Below the pieces are notes generated by a model. That model made no database searches. It worked only from the letters and a program-made list of their open reading frames with translations, and was not told where the DNA came from. Made by a program: the position numbers and the translations under genes. DNA of 64,000 nucleotides from the NCBI GenBank assembly GCA_965267185.1, contig OZ253937.1, positions 1,889,151-1,953,150 of the forward strand, given 5' to 3'. The DNA is from Alphaproteobacteria bacterium (GTDB lineage Bacteria > Pseudomonadota > Alphaproteobacteria > UBA6615). Shown here piece by piece: positions 27,204-36,769 of the stretch. Position 1 is the stretch's first letter. Every line of letters starts with the position of its first letter.

Positions 27204-29662
27204 GCCAATCTATCCGGTTCACTTGCCGGAACTGGGTTCCGCACATGACCGTCTGTCGCCCCTGCGCGACGATCCGCCAGACTTTCGTATACGCTCTCGT
27301 ATGAAGCGATGCAGCTCTCTAACCGAAACATTTCGTCTAAACGCAACTTGGCAGCGCTTCCCATGCGGGCCCGTTGCTCCGAACTCGTCCCCAATTCGAC
27401 GAGAGCGTTGGCCATGGCCTCTATATCGCGAACCTCGACGACCCGTCCGGTCACGTTGTTGAGAACGGCTTCCGGCGTTCCACCTGCCGCGGTGACGACA
27501 CTGGGCAAACCCGCCGCCATCGCCTCGAGAATGCTTTTTGGCAACCCCTCTTCGTGCGAAGCGAGAACTGCAATATCGCTTGCCTTGAGGATCATCGGAA
27601 CATCAGTGCGTTCGCCAATCCATCGAATACTGTCTTCAAGTCCCAGTTTGTGTGCCTGCCGGCGAAGTTTAGAGCCGATACCGTCATCGCGGCCGACAAT
27701 CAGCAACTGCCAACCGTCCGGTAAGTTTGCCGCCGCCACTGCAAACGCCTTCAGCAAGTCGCTGTGCCCCTTGTAGGGAATGAGATTCGCAACGCAGACA
27801 AACACGACTGCGTCATCGTTCAGCTCCAGATCATCACGCGCTTCCGACGGCTCATATTCCGCGTAGGCCTCGGGATTAACGCCGCTGTAAATCGTGCGAA
27901 GCCGATCGGCTGAAACCCCTTCGCCAGCAAGTTCTCTGGCAACGGCATTACTATTGGCGAGGACGATATTCATGTGGCGATGCAGCCATCGCTCAATCGT
28001 CGCGCTGAACCGTCGCCGGCGATGGTACCGGTTAAGGCTGCGGCGACTCATCACGCGACAATGTTGGCCCAACAACAAAGCGCATAGACCGCCGATAAAA
28101 TACGCTTCCGGCAGGAAAAAATGTACGATATCGGGCCGCGCGCGTCGCAGGAAGCGCACAATTCCCAAAAAAGAACGTATGAGCGACGGCGTGCTTCGAC
28201 CCACGGACACGGCGTGAGCAACGGGGATACCCCGCCGTTCCATTTCAGCGTCCAGCGGACCTGGGCCACGCGTGGTCACCACTGTTACGGCAAATCGACG
28301 CCGGTCGATCCTAGGTAGCACATCGAGCAAATGCTGCTCGGTGCCACCTATGGCCAACCGGGGAACAAACACGGCAACGCGCCGTTGTTCGCGAGCGAGG
28401 GCAACATCTACGCGCCAATCCGCCAACCGCGAAAACAGCTTGGCAAACTGCTCGGCTCGGCTGAGTCCGGCACCTACGGACCGAGGCAACGCTGCAATAA
28501 CACCATCAGCCGCCTTGATCGCCAACCACCGGGAGAGTTGGCCGGCTAGCTGCTCGACATCGTCGCTGGCAAAGCCGGCGTTACGCTCGCGGATCAAGTC
28601 GGGAGCCACACCCGACGGCAATCCGACAGCTAGAATGGGTCGGCGCGCTCCTAGATATTCGAATAGTTTGCCGGTTAGCACGCCAGGTTCGGACGCGCTG
28701 TTCCACTGCAATAAAAGCAGGATATCGGCTTTGGTTTGTAGCTGCGCCGATTCCATAAACGGCACTTCGGGGTGAACACCGACCTGATTTTCGAGGCCGT
28801 ATTGTGCGGCCAGCTGTCGAATACCGGGTAAAGTACGGCCATAAAACTCGATTTTGATTTTTAGGCCTTGGTCGCCCAGTGACTTTACCGCGGCAAATAA
28901 TGGTGCCGGATCCTGCCGGCCAGGATAGACGGTTCCGGTATAGACGATGTTCAATTCGGGCGACTCCGGCGGTGACTCAACGCTCGAATAGTCATCCGGG
29001 TCAAAGCCGTTGGGAATCACCGAAACCGGACAGTCGAATTTTTCCCGTAATCGATCGGCCAACGGTTCGGAAACTGTAACCAACCCAGCGGCTGTGGATA
29101 GTGTGCGACGCTCCAGCGGCACCTCAAGAGTGCGCCGCCATGTCGGCCAATCGGCGTAGTAATTATCGGTCCATAGATCGCGCAGCTCGCCGGCCCAGGG
29201 GACGTCCGCCACCCGCGCCAAGCGGCGTGCCACAATTAGCCCGGTGAACGGTGGCGCGCTGGCATAAATCATGTCCGGCCGCCAATCCGCTATCAAGCGC
29301 TTGCCGTCCCGAACGGCTTGGGGGTACCAGCCGATCTGTCCGTCAGGGATATTGAGTAGTGTCCGGTATAGCCGGACGACTTTTGCGAAGATCCCGGAAG
29401 GCGGCACCTCGCTTCGGCGGTAACGCCGCTGTTGCCTACCGAATAGGGCCAACGGCAGACCATTGATGTTCCACCACCCCGTGCGCGTGATGAATTCTTC
29501 CGGCACTTCCTGCGGCAGGGATTGCGGAAGCAGCTGTTGGCGTGCCGTCAGAACCCGCACCTCGTGGCCGGCCGCCAATAGTTCCTTCGCCAGCTTGCCC
29601 GCTCGTACTGCGCCGATCGCATTGAACGGAGGGAAGTAGAAAGACACGAGGAGAATTTTCAT
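27200..29662 (-). CDS. Bifunctional glycosyltransferase: two tandem GT4 (GT-B) domains
   Basis: The N-terminal half starts MKILLVSFYFPPFNAIGAVRAGKLAKEL.... The C-terminal half carries a second GT4 core with E..GLPKSILEAMAAGLPSVVT (EX7E-like). The start is at the internal Met, which has an AGGAGA SD. Confidence 0.8.
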   Translation of the reverse strand: MKILLVSFYFPPFNAIGAVRAGKLAKELLAAGHEVRVLTARQQLLPQSLPQEVPEEFITRTGWWNINGLPLALFGRQQRRYRRSEVPPSGIFAKVVRLYRTLLNIPDGQIGWYPQAVRDGKRLIADWRPDMIYASAPPFTGLIVARRLARVADVPWAGELRDLWTDNYYADWPTWRRTLEVPLERRTLSTAAGLVTVSEPLADRLREKFDCPVSVIPNGFDPDDYSSVESPPESPELNIVYTGTVYPGRQDPAPLFAAVKSLGDQGLKIKIEFYGRTLPGIRQLAAQYGLENQVGVHPEVPFMESAQLQTKADILLLLQWNSASEPGVLTGKLFEYLGARRPILAVGLPSGVAPDLIRERNAGFASDDVEQLAGQLSRWLAIKAADGVIAALPRSVGAGLSRAEQFAKLFSRLADWRVDVALAREQRRVAVFVPRLAIGGTEQHLLDVLPRIDRRRFAVTVVTTRGPGPLDAEMERRGIPVAHAVSVGRSTPSLIRSFLGIVRFLRRARPDIVHFFLPEAYFIGGLCALLLGQHCRVMSRRSLNRYHRRRRFSATIERWLHRHMNIVLANSNAVARELAGEGVSADRLRTIYSGVNPEAYAEYEPSEARDDLELNDDAVVFVCVANLIPYKGHSDLLKAFAVAAANLPDGWQLLIVGRDDGIGSKLRRQAHKLGLEDSIRWIGERTDVPMILKASDIAVLASHEEGLPKSILEAMAAGLPSVVTAAGGTPEAVLNNVTGRVVEVRDIEAMANALVELGTSSEQRARMGSAAKLRLDEMFRLESCIASYESVYESLADRRAGATDGHVRNPVPASEPDRLA

Positions 29663-29678
29663 AAGGCTCGCTTTGCGA

Positions 29679-31616
29679 TCACACCGAAAATTCGGCGCCA
29701 ACCTGTTCCGCCCATATGACTAAGTTGGCCCAGCGCCAAGGATGGGTCACCGAGGACGATCGGCCTGAGCGGTATTCCGACCAAAGCCGCCGTACCGCTT
29801 CTGAGTTCAAAGCCGGTATATTATCAAGCCGCCCACCCCCCAACACATCATCAAAGAAATCAGCGCTTTCCTGCATCCATTTCGATTCAGGCGTCACAAA
29901 GCCAACTTTGTCCCGGCGGTCGAGTATTGCATTGGGCACCACTCCGCGCAGCGCATTTCGCAGCACTGCTTTTGTTGTGCCGCCGCGGCCAATCAGATAG
30001 TCGTCCGGCAGCGCCGCCGCGGTTTCGACAAGCTTCGTTGTCAGAAACGGAACGCGCGATTCCAAGGACACTACCATCGAGTTGCGATCAACATGGCGCA
30101 ACAGAGCCGGCAAGCTCGTGCGGGTCAGCGTATTCGACAACAACGACCGAAATGTATTGTGGTCACCTGAAGCACTAGGATCGCTTATCGTCAGGCCACA
30201 GGCGCGAAACCAATCACCGTCTAACCATTGAGGCACTAGTTCTTCGCGAGCCACCCAGCGCGCGGAGTTACGCAAACCGCTGGGTAACAAGAAGGATCCT
30301 GCGCGCATAAGGTCGCGCGCTCGAGCACCGCGTGGCGCGTTAGCCGCTATGTGCCACAACAACCTCGCCGCCGATGCCAGACGGCCAGAACGAACCAGGT
30401 CCGCAAACCGGGCAGCCTGGAATACCGGGTAGCCACCGAACAACTCGTCGGCTCCTTGGCCATCGAGGATGACCTTGAACCCCGCCTGGGCTGCAGATCG
30501 ATAAACACGAGCTTGGGCGTAGATACTCGTACCGGCAAACGGCAATTCCTGGCAGCCAACGAGGTCGATCAGATCGTCGGCAAATTCCGCTTCACCAACA
30601 GTCACCTTGTGAGAGACGACCGATGCGGCATCACCCGCTATATCGATCCATCGTTCCTCGCTCGGCGCGGGGTCGTCCGCAATGTAACTAAACGCATGAA
30701 GCTCGCCTGCGAATTGCTCCCGTACTGCACAGACGATAGCCGAGGAGTCGATGCCGCCCGACAAGGCCACCGCAATAGGTACATCGCTACGCAACCTCAA
30801 ACGTACGCTCTCGGCAAATGTTTCGCGTAACTGCTCCGCGGCGTCATCCAGCGAGATTGACCGCACGGCAGGCTCCGGCAACTGCCAGTATCTTTGCGGC
30901 GATACGTCGGATGGACGGTTCAGATCGATTTTCAAACTGTGCGCCGGTAGAAGAGACTTCACATCGGCAAACATGGTCGCCGTACCGTCGTCGCACTGCC
31001 CAAATCGTAAATAGCGATAAAGCTCCTCCGGAGCGATACGCCGCGAAACACCAGGGAGGGTCAGTAGCGGGCGTATTTCAGACGCGAAGGCAAATCCGCT
31101 ACCCGATAGCGTAACGTAATAAAGCGGCTTAATGCCGAACGGATCGCGCGCCAAAAACAGCTCGTTGGCGACAGTGTCGAGAATCGCAAAAGCAAACATA
31201 CCGTCGAGCCGTAATAATGCCGCTTCGCCCCATCGGGCATAGGCGCGTAGTAGTACTTCGGTATCGCAGTTCGACACGAAGTGATCGCCCTCTGCTGCCA
31301 ACTCCGCCCGAAGCTCTAGAAAGTTGTAGATTTCCCCATTGTAGATGATGGCATAGCGGCCATCCGGCGTTGCCATCGGCTGCCACCCGGCCGGGCTCGG
31401 ATCCAAGATCGACAAGCGGCGGTGGACAAGCCACACATCCATCGTTTCCCCGCCCTCCGGCAAAGTCCGGCTCGGCGATAGCGGCATCTCCGGGCGCCAG
31501 GCCAGATATCCCATATCGTCGGGTCCACGATGCTCGAGGCTATCGCTCAGCGCAGCGACGACATCTGTCGTCGGGGGCGCACCATTCCCGGGAATGATTC
31601 CGGCGATACCGCACAT
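29679..31616 (-). CDS. Asparagine synthetase (glutamine-hydrolysing) family amidotransferase (AsnB/WbpS-like)
   Basis: Starts MCGIAGI (class II GATase nucleophile Cys2), has the PP-loop SGGIDSS, 645 aa. It is embedded in the polysaccharide operon. Confidence 0.85.
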   Translation of the reverse strand: MCGIAGIIPGNGAPPTTDVVAALSDSLEHRGPDDMGYLAWRPEMPLSPSRTLPEGGETMDVWLVHRRLSILDPSPAGWQPMATPDGRYAIIYNGEIYNFLELRAELAAEGDHFVSNCDTEVLLRAYARWGEAALLRLDGMFAFAILDTVANELFLARDPFGIKPLYYVTLSGSGFAFASEIRPLLTLPGVSRRIAPEELYRYLRFGQCDDGTATMFADVKSLLPAHSLKIDLNRPSDVSPQRYWQLPEPAVRSISLDDAAEQLRETFAESVRLRLRSDVPIAVALSGGIDSSAIVCAVREQFAGELHAFSYIADDPAPSEERWIDIAGDAASVVSHKVTVGEAEFADDLIDLVGCQELPFAGTSIYAQARVYRSAAQAGFKVILDGQGADELFGGYPVFQAARFADLVRSGRLASAARLLWHIAANAPRGARARDLMRAGSFLLPSGLRNSARWVAREELVPQWLDGDWFRACGLTISDPSASGDHNTFRSLLSNTLTRTSLPALLRHVDRNSMVVSLESRVPFLTTKLVETAAALPDDYLIGRGGTTKAVLRNALRGVVPNAILDRRDKVGFVTPESKWMQESADFFDDVLGGGRLDNIPALNSEAVRRLWSEYRSGRSSSVTHPWRWANLVIWAEQVGAEFSV

Positions 31617-31619
31617 GTC

Positions 31620-32663
31620 TCACCCACCGTGCCAAAGAGTGGGCCGCAGGTAAGCCGCCGCGTTTCCGATCGAACTGTAGCCGCGGAGGAAATCGTTCGT
31701 CCATTTCACGCCGAGACGCCTGAGCGATCGCCAGTCGCGACCGGACGTGGACGCCAAACTGGCCCAACTAGCCGGACTGCCTTGTGGCGGTACTTCGTAT
31801 CCGTAATGCTCCGCGAGATCGCGTAGCCTAACGATGGGCAAATCAAAACGGGCTGCGTACGCTGGGTTGACCGACAGTCCGGCCATAAATGCCGCCGCCG
31901 CTCGATCTTCGTCAGAGACCGCAGCCTCGTTTGCGTCGCCCATAGTACCGTACGCGCTGTAACGCCAACTATCGAGGCGTGGACGTTCTGCACGATAGGT
32001 GTTTTCGCTGTACAGGCTGGCGATATCGAGATGTGCAGCGCTATGCCCCAATCGCTCCAACAACCGCTGAATTTCGGCTTGGGTATCATCGACGAGGTCT
32101 TCATAGCGGACGGTTAGAAAACGCGGATGTTCACGTAGCGCCCACGCGGCACTTACGTCGATTAACCACGTAGACGCAGCCAGGTAAAACCCAAACCCGC
32201 GGCGGCGCAACGAGCGATAGACGTGTAGCGGGTCCCGCACGATGTGAACAAAGACCGATTGCGGGAAGGTCTCAAGAAATGCCGCCGCGCTGTGGATATT
32301 CTCCGGCGTTTTCTCAAAGAACAACGTCGCCGCCTTACCGCGATGCTCTGCGTAATGGTGAAAAAGTTTGCCGGAGAAATCGGCGAAGCTTGCGCTTTCC
32401 TGGCGCAGCTTGGCGACCGTTTGTCGATCGAGACCGTATTCCGCGAATTCCCAGTCACCGAACCGGTCTCCAAACATGGCGTAGCACGCTGGCGACGATG
32501 ACCGGCCAAAATCGCGTCGATAGTTCGCACGAAACCGACGGTAATGATCCAGCGGCGAAAATAAGTGAAGCTCCGGCCCACATACGGCGAACGGCAAACT
32601 ATCCAGCAAATCAGCTAGATAGGTGCTCCCCGAACTCGGCGCGTTACCGATCGCGACAATCAT
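31620..32663 (-). CDS. Sulfotransferase-family protein (PAPS-dependent)
   Basis: An N-terminal P-loop-like 5'-PSB motif (VAIGNAPSSGSTYLADLL) and a 3'-PB-like motif (FVHIVRDPLHVYRSL; RDP...S). 347 aa, soluble. No specific substrate can be inferred. Confidence 0.55.
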   Translation of the reverse strand: MIVAIGNAPSSGSTYLADLLDSLPFAVCGPELHLFSPLDHYRRFRANYRRDFGRSSSPACYAMFGDRFGDWEFAEYGLDRQTVAKLRQESASFADFSGKLFHHYAEHRGKAATLFFEKTPENIHSAAAFLETFPQSVFVHIVRDPLHVYRSLRRRGFGFYLAASTWLIDVSAAWALREHPRFLTVRYEDLVDDTQAEIQRLLERLGHSAAHLDIASLYSENTYRAERPRLDSWRYSAYGTMGDANEAAVSDEDRAAAAFMAGLSVNPAYAARFDLPIVRLRDLAEHYGYEVPPQGSPASWASLASTSGRDWRSLRRLGVKWTNDFLRGYSSIGNAAAYLRPTLWHGG

Positions 32664-33982
32664 GCAACCGGCTCCGGTTTGCTGAGCCGCAACAGCTCAC
32701 CCCACCCGATACTTTCGCGCCGGCACAGATCGATCAACATTGCCAGCTGACGAAGCGTCGCAAGTGCGGAGAATAGGCCAACGCCGATGAGCACATTCTC
32801 GAGTAGTGCACCGGCCGCCAAACCGACGAGCGCAGCCGAAAAGTAAGCGGCCTGATAAACCAGAAAGGCGCGCTGCCGGCCGCGAACGAAAAACAATTGT
32901 GAAATCGGGGCCACTAAAAACATCGTCAAATATAACGGTGCGAGAAGGCTGGCCATCAAACCGGCAAGCCGCCACTGATCACCGAAGACGGGCGCAAACA
33001 GCCAAGGAGAGAGAACGAGAACACCGGCATACAAGGGAACCCCGGCACGGATCAACCCACGTAAACTGTCGACCGTGACAGACTTCGCGTTGCCCGACGC
33101 CATGAATTCCTGATTGGCGCGGGGATAATAGATTTGAGCGAGCGCCGCCGTCGCCATAGCAGCCGGCCAGCCAGTGGCGCGCACGGCGAGCCCGAACTGT
33201 CCCGTCAAGGCTTCGCTGTAGAATACGCCGATGACGATCACCGGCAATTCGAGAGCAGCCACGTTAAGCAGCGCCGCCGGTACGTCATAATACGGGAACT
33301 TTTTGTGCCGCGTCGCCATTGCCGACGCTCGGCCGACAGTGCGGCCCGCCTGCAACCGGAACTGGCGAACCAAGGCGCCGCCTTCGACAATCAAAAACGT
33401 CAAGCCAGCAACCGCGATACCGGCAAGATGCCCAACCGCGAGCGCCACACCACCGGCTAAAGCACTGAACGACGCCGCTATTTGCACAGCTGCCGCAACT
33501 GTCTGCTGCCCGATGCGCGCCGTCGCGATGACACCCGTATGGTGGCGCCGGCTCGCCCAATAGTTCAATGCCTGATACATCCCGCGCGCCGCGACTGCAG
33601 CCGGCAGAACCCACAACGCCGCGCCCAAGTTCTCGACCCCCAACCACAGCGCGATTTGCTCCCCTGCAACAAGAACGAGCACGACAAGTATCACCGCTAT
33701 GGCAAAACTCGCGGCCCAAGCCACCTGGACCAAGCTGGCCGCTCCCCGCAGCGTTCGTGGCAAGACGATTGCGAGTTCGTAGCGCAAGCACGCACAGGTG
33801 CCGATCAGGTTGGCCAGCGCCAGATAAACGACGAACACGCCAACATCGGCAGGGGTGTAGAGCCGCGTTAAAACCGGCCACGCCGCCAAAGCCACGATCT
33901 GTCCGACAAGCGTCGCGCCGCCCAACCGCATCACACCGGAAAACAGCGGCTGGCTTGTCACGGTATCTGACTTTATTGACAC
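32660..33982 (-). CDS. Polysaccharide biosynthesis protein / Wzx-type oligosaccharide flippase (MOP superfamily)
   Basis: 440 aa with ~12 predicted TM helices. It is the first gene of a co-directional polysaccharide operon, overlapping the next gene by 4 nt. Confidence 0.7.
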   Translation of the reverse strand: MSIKSDTVTSQPLFSGVMRLGGATLVGQIVALAAWPVLTRLYTPADVGVFVVYLALANLIGTCACLRYELAIVLPRTLRGAASLVQVAWAASFAIAVILVVLVLVAGEQIALWLGVENLGAALWVLPAAVAARGMYQALNYWASRRHHTGVIATARIGQQTVAAAVQIAASFSALAGGVALAVGHLAGIAVAGLTFLIVEGGALVRQFRLQAGRTVGRASAMATRHKKFPYYDVPAALLNVAALELPVIVIGVFYSEALTGQFGLAVRATGWPAAMATAALAQIYYPRANQEFMASGNAKSVTVDSLRGLIRAGVPLYAGVLVLSPWLFAPVFGDQWRLAGLMASLLAPLYLTMFLVAPISQLFFVRGRQRAFLVYQAAYFSAALVGLAAGALLENVLIGVGLFSALATLRQLAMLIDLCRRESIGWGELLRLSKPEPVA

Positions 33983-34123
33983 GATACGGGCACCAAGTCG
34001 TCCTTTGCAGCAACCGACAGGCTTTCAATCCGCTTTTTTGTGCCAACGGCGCACCCATGACTATCGGCGGATCAGTTACAGTAGACTATGCCGCAGGGGC
34101 GTAATGAATCGCTATGATCGACG

Positions 34124-34915
34124 TTGGTAAAGCGAGGGGTTGATAAGATGCGCGGTCTGGAAGGGAAAGTCGCCATTATCACCGGTGGCGGTGGTGCAAT
34201 CGGACGTGCCATCTGCCGGCGGCTCGCCGAGGAACGATCCGTGGTCGGCGTCTTCGACTTGGATGAAGACACGGCCGGCGAAACCGTCAGTTTGATCGAA
34301 GCCGCCGGCGGGACCGCGATCGCGCAGCAAGTCGATATCACCGACTACGACGCGGTCGCTTCGGCGGTCAGCGCGTTAGAGAAAGAGGCAGGCCCAGCCG
34401 ATATTCTGGTCAACAACGCGGGCTGGGACCGGCTGGTAAATTTCCTCGATACCGAACCGTCGTTTTGGAACCAAATCATCGAGGTCAATCTGCTTGGTCC
34501 GCTAAACATGCATCACACGGTCGTGGCGGGAATGGCGGAGCGCGGCAGTGGCAAAGTGGTCAACATTGCATCCGACGCCGGCCGTGTCGGGTCGAGCGGC
34601 GAGGCGGTCTATGCCGCCTGCAAGGGCGGTATCATCGCTTTTACGAAAACGCTTGCCCGCGAACTGGCGCGCAGCGGGATTTGCTGCAACGCGGTCGCAC
34701 CGGGTCCGGTCGATACACCTTTGCTCCGGTCGTTCTTTCCGGATGGCGATTTGGACAGCGGTTTAGGCAAAGCGTTTACGCGGGCGATTCCCATGCGGCG
34801 TTTGGGCGAGCCCGACGACATTCCGGGTCTCGTTGCCTTTCTGGCGAGCGAAGATGCAAGCTTCATCACCGGCCAGGTGGTTAGCGTGTCCGGTGGGCTC
34901 ACGATGCACGGCTAA
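34124..34915 (+). CDS. SDR-family oxidoreductase (BadH/FabG-like)
   Basis: LEGKVAIITGGGGAIGRAI... TGxxxGIG with the YAACK catalytic motif; 263 aa. The start may be the downstream MRGLEG. Confidence 0.8.
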   Translation: MVKRGVDKMRGLEGKVAIITGGGGAIGRAICRRLAEERSVVGVFDLDEDTAGETVSLIEAAGGTAIAQQVDITDYDAVASAVSALEKEAGPADILVNNAGWDRLVNFLDTEPSFWNQIIEVNLLGPLNMHHTVVAGMAERGSGKVVNIASDAGRVGSSGEAVYAACKGGIIAFTKTLARELARSGICCNAVAPGPVDTPLLRSFFPDGDLDSGLGKAFTRAIPMRRLGEPDDIPGLVAFLASEDASFITGQVVSVSGGLTMHG

Positions 34916-34960
34916 GGTACATGTAAATTAGGTAAACCAACAATCGGGAGAGACAGGGCG

Positions 34961-35755
34961 ATGGACTATGAGGACATTATCTACGAGAAGGCGGACGGTA
35001 TCGCGACGATCACCATCAACCGCCCCGAGGTCTACAACGCCTTCCGCGCCCACACCGTCAACGAGCTCATCGACGCGTTTCAAGACGCCGGTTGGGACAA
35101 GGAAATCGGCGTCATCGTCTTTGGCGGCGCCGGCGACAAAGCGTTCTGTACCGGCGGCGACCAATCGGCGGAAAGCAAGGCAAGCGGCCAATACGGCAAT
35201 TTACGCGGCACAGTCGGAATGCCGATTTCCGAGCTGCAGGCACTGATCCGCGACGTGCCAAAGCCGGTCATCGCGCGCGTGCAAGGCTATGCGATCGGCG
35301 GCGGCAACGTGTTAGCAACGATCTGCGATATGACGATCGCCTCGGAGAACGCTAAGTTCGGTCAGGTCGGCCCCAAAATGGGCTCTGTCGACCCAGGCTG
35401 GGGCACCGCCTATCTGGCTCGCATTATCGGCGAGAAGAAGGCGCGCGAATTTTGGTACATGTGCCGTCAGTACACAGCCCATGAGGCCGAGGCGATGGGC
35501 TTGGTGAACAAGGTGGTTCCTGCCGACCAATTAGACGCCGAGATACGCACCTGGTGCGAGGAAATTGTTGAACGCAGCCCGACTGCAGTGGCGATCGCGA
35601 AACGCTCTTTTAACGCCGATACCGACCATATCAACGGCATCGGCGCGCTCGGATTCGAGGCGCTGCGTTTGTACTACGACACCGAGGAGTCAAAAGAAGG
35701 CGGCAATGCTTTCCGTGAAAAGCGCAAACCGGAGTTCCGTAAATTCGTAAAGTAG
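34961..35755 (+). CDS. Crotonase-superfamily enzyme of the MenB/BadI subfamily (1,4-dihydroxy-2-naphthoyl-CoA synthase-like / 2-ketocyclohexanecarboxyl-CoA hydrolase-like)
   Basis: From memory it closely parallels E. coli MenB along the whole length (YEDIIYEKADGIATITINRPEVYNAF...GGDQ...VQGYAIGGGNVL...GQVGPKMGSVDPGWG...). The assignment of MenB versus BadI cannot be made from sequence inspection alone. Confidence 0.75.
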   Translation: MDYEDIIYEKADGIATITINRPEVYNAFRAHTVNELIDAFQDAGWDKEIGVIVFGGAGDKAFCTGGDQSAESKASGQYGNLRGTVGMPISELQALIRDVPKPVIARVQGYAIGGGNVLATICDMTIASENAKFGQVGPKMGSVDPGWGTAYLARIIGEKKAREFWYMCRQYTAHEAEAMGLVNKVVPADQLDAEIRTWCEEIVERSPTAVAIAKRSFNADTDHINGIGALGFEALRLYYDTEESKEGGNAFREKRKPEFRKFVK

Positions 35756-35774
35756 TGCCGGGGCGACGTTCGCG

Positions 35775-36530
35775 CTATGAGGAGACCGCCGGACACCGCG
35801 CAGCACCGATGATCGGGCCGGGGCGTTCGGTCTGTATCAGGACAACGCAGCTGAAACCTTCTTCGAACGTATAGTCAGCCACTTCGACAGTCGCGGCCTG
35901 CCCTGTCCAATCGCCGACCCGGCGCACTTCGCGAACGATGTTGTGGTTGACGAGATTCTTGCCCTTGTTTTCGCCGCCAGTGGGCTGAACGGCCTGCTGG
36001 TTTTTGTAGCGTAGCAGCCAAATCCCGGCATTACCGGCGACCGCACCGCCAACTGTGATAGCTAGGCCGCCCTGGGGAGGCGATGTCACCGAGACCGCGA
36101 CCCGTTCGCCCGCATTTTTTTGCGCTTCTTTGATCCTGCGGTTGACCGTCCGTTTCCGACTACCGACCGCCTCGGTCTTGCCGTCGAACACCATCTGCGG
36201 CGTAAAGGAGTATCCGCGCCCCTCGATGTGTTTGTTATAGCGGCGCTGCCGGTCGGTTGCCTCGGGGCTTGAGAAAGTATCCTTCCAGCGTCCCGCCGAG
36301 CCGTAAACCAACTGGTCCCAATAATCGACATGATGTTCCAATGCGATGATATCGTCGCGCTTGGCGAGCTCGCCGAGATAAGCTTCTGCCGGCGGGCACG
36401 AATAGCAGCTTTGCGAGGTGAATAATTCGACCACCGTGGGCTGCTCACCTGCATCCGCAGCGGTAGCTCCGTGTGGCAGAATACCGATAGCGGTAAGGCT
36501 CAATACAGCGGCTTGCAGATGTCGTTTCAT
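35775..36530 (-). CDS. DUF1223-domain secreted thioredoxin-fold protein
   Basis: Signal peptide plus VVELFTSQSCYSCPPAE (CxxC), characteristic of DUF1223. Confidence 0.6.
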   Translation of the reverse strand: MKRHLQAAVLSLTAIGILPHGATAADAGEQPTVVELFTSQSCYSCPPAEAYLGELAKRDDIIALEHHVDYWDQLVYGSAGRWKDTFSSPEATDRQRRYNKHIEGRGYSFTPQMVFDGKTEAVGSRKRTVNRRIKEAQKNAGERVAVSVTSPPQGGLAITVGGAVAGNAGIWLLRYKNQQAVQPTGGENKGKNLVNHNIVREVRRVGDWTGQAATVEVADYTFEEGFSCVVLIQTERPGPIIGAARCPAVSS

Positions 36531-36769
36531 GGGATTAGCACCTCGGTTTAACGCGAATACACGAACACATTAACAAGGCAATCGGTCTTTTATTCCCTCT
36601 CTCACACAAGATTGAAGAATTTGGGGGTAACGACTTCACGTTTGCGTGAAGCGCCTAAGTTTTTACTAGCATTTCAGATGCTTAGAGGGTGTCGTGGCGC
36701 ATCAGCGATATGCGTTCGAGCACCGCTATGGGGAAGTTTACGAGCTAAACAGGGAGCACGATCCACATC

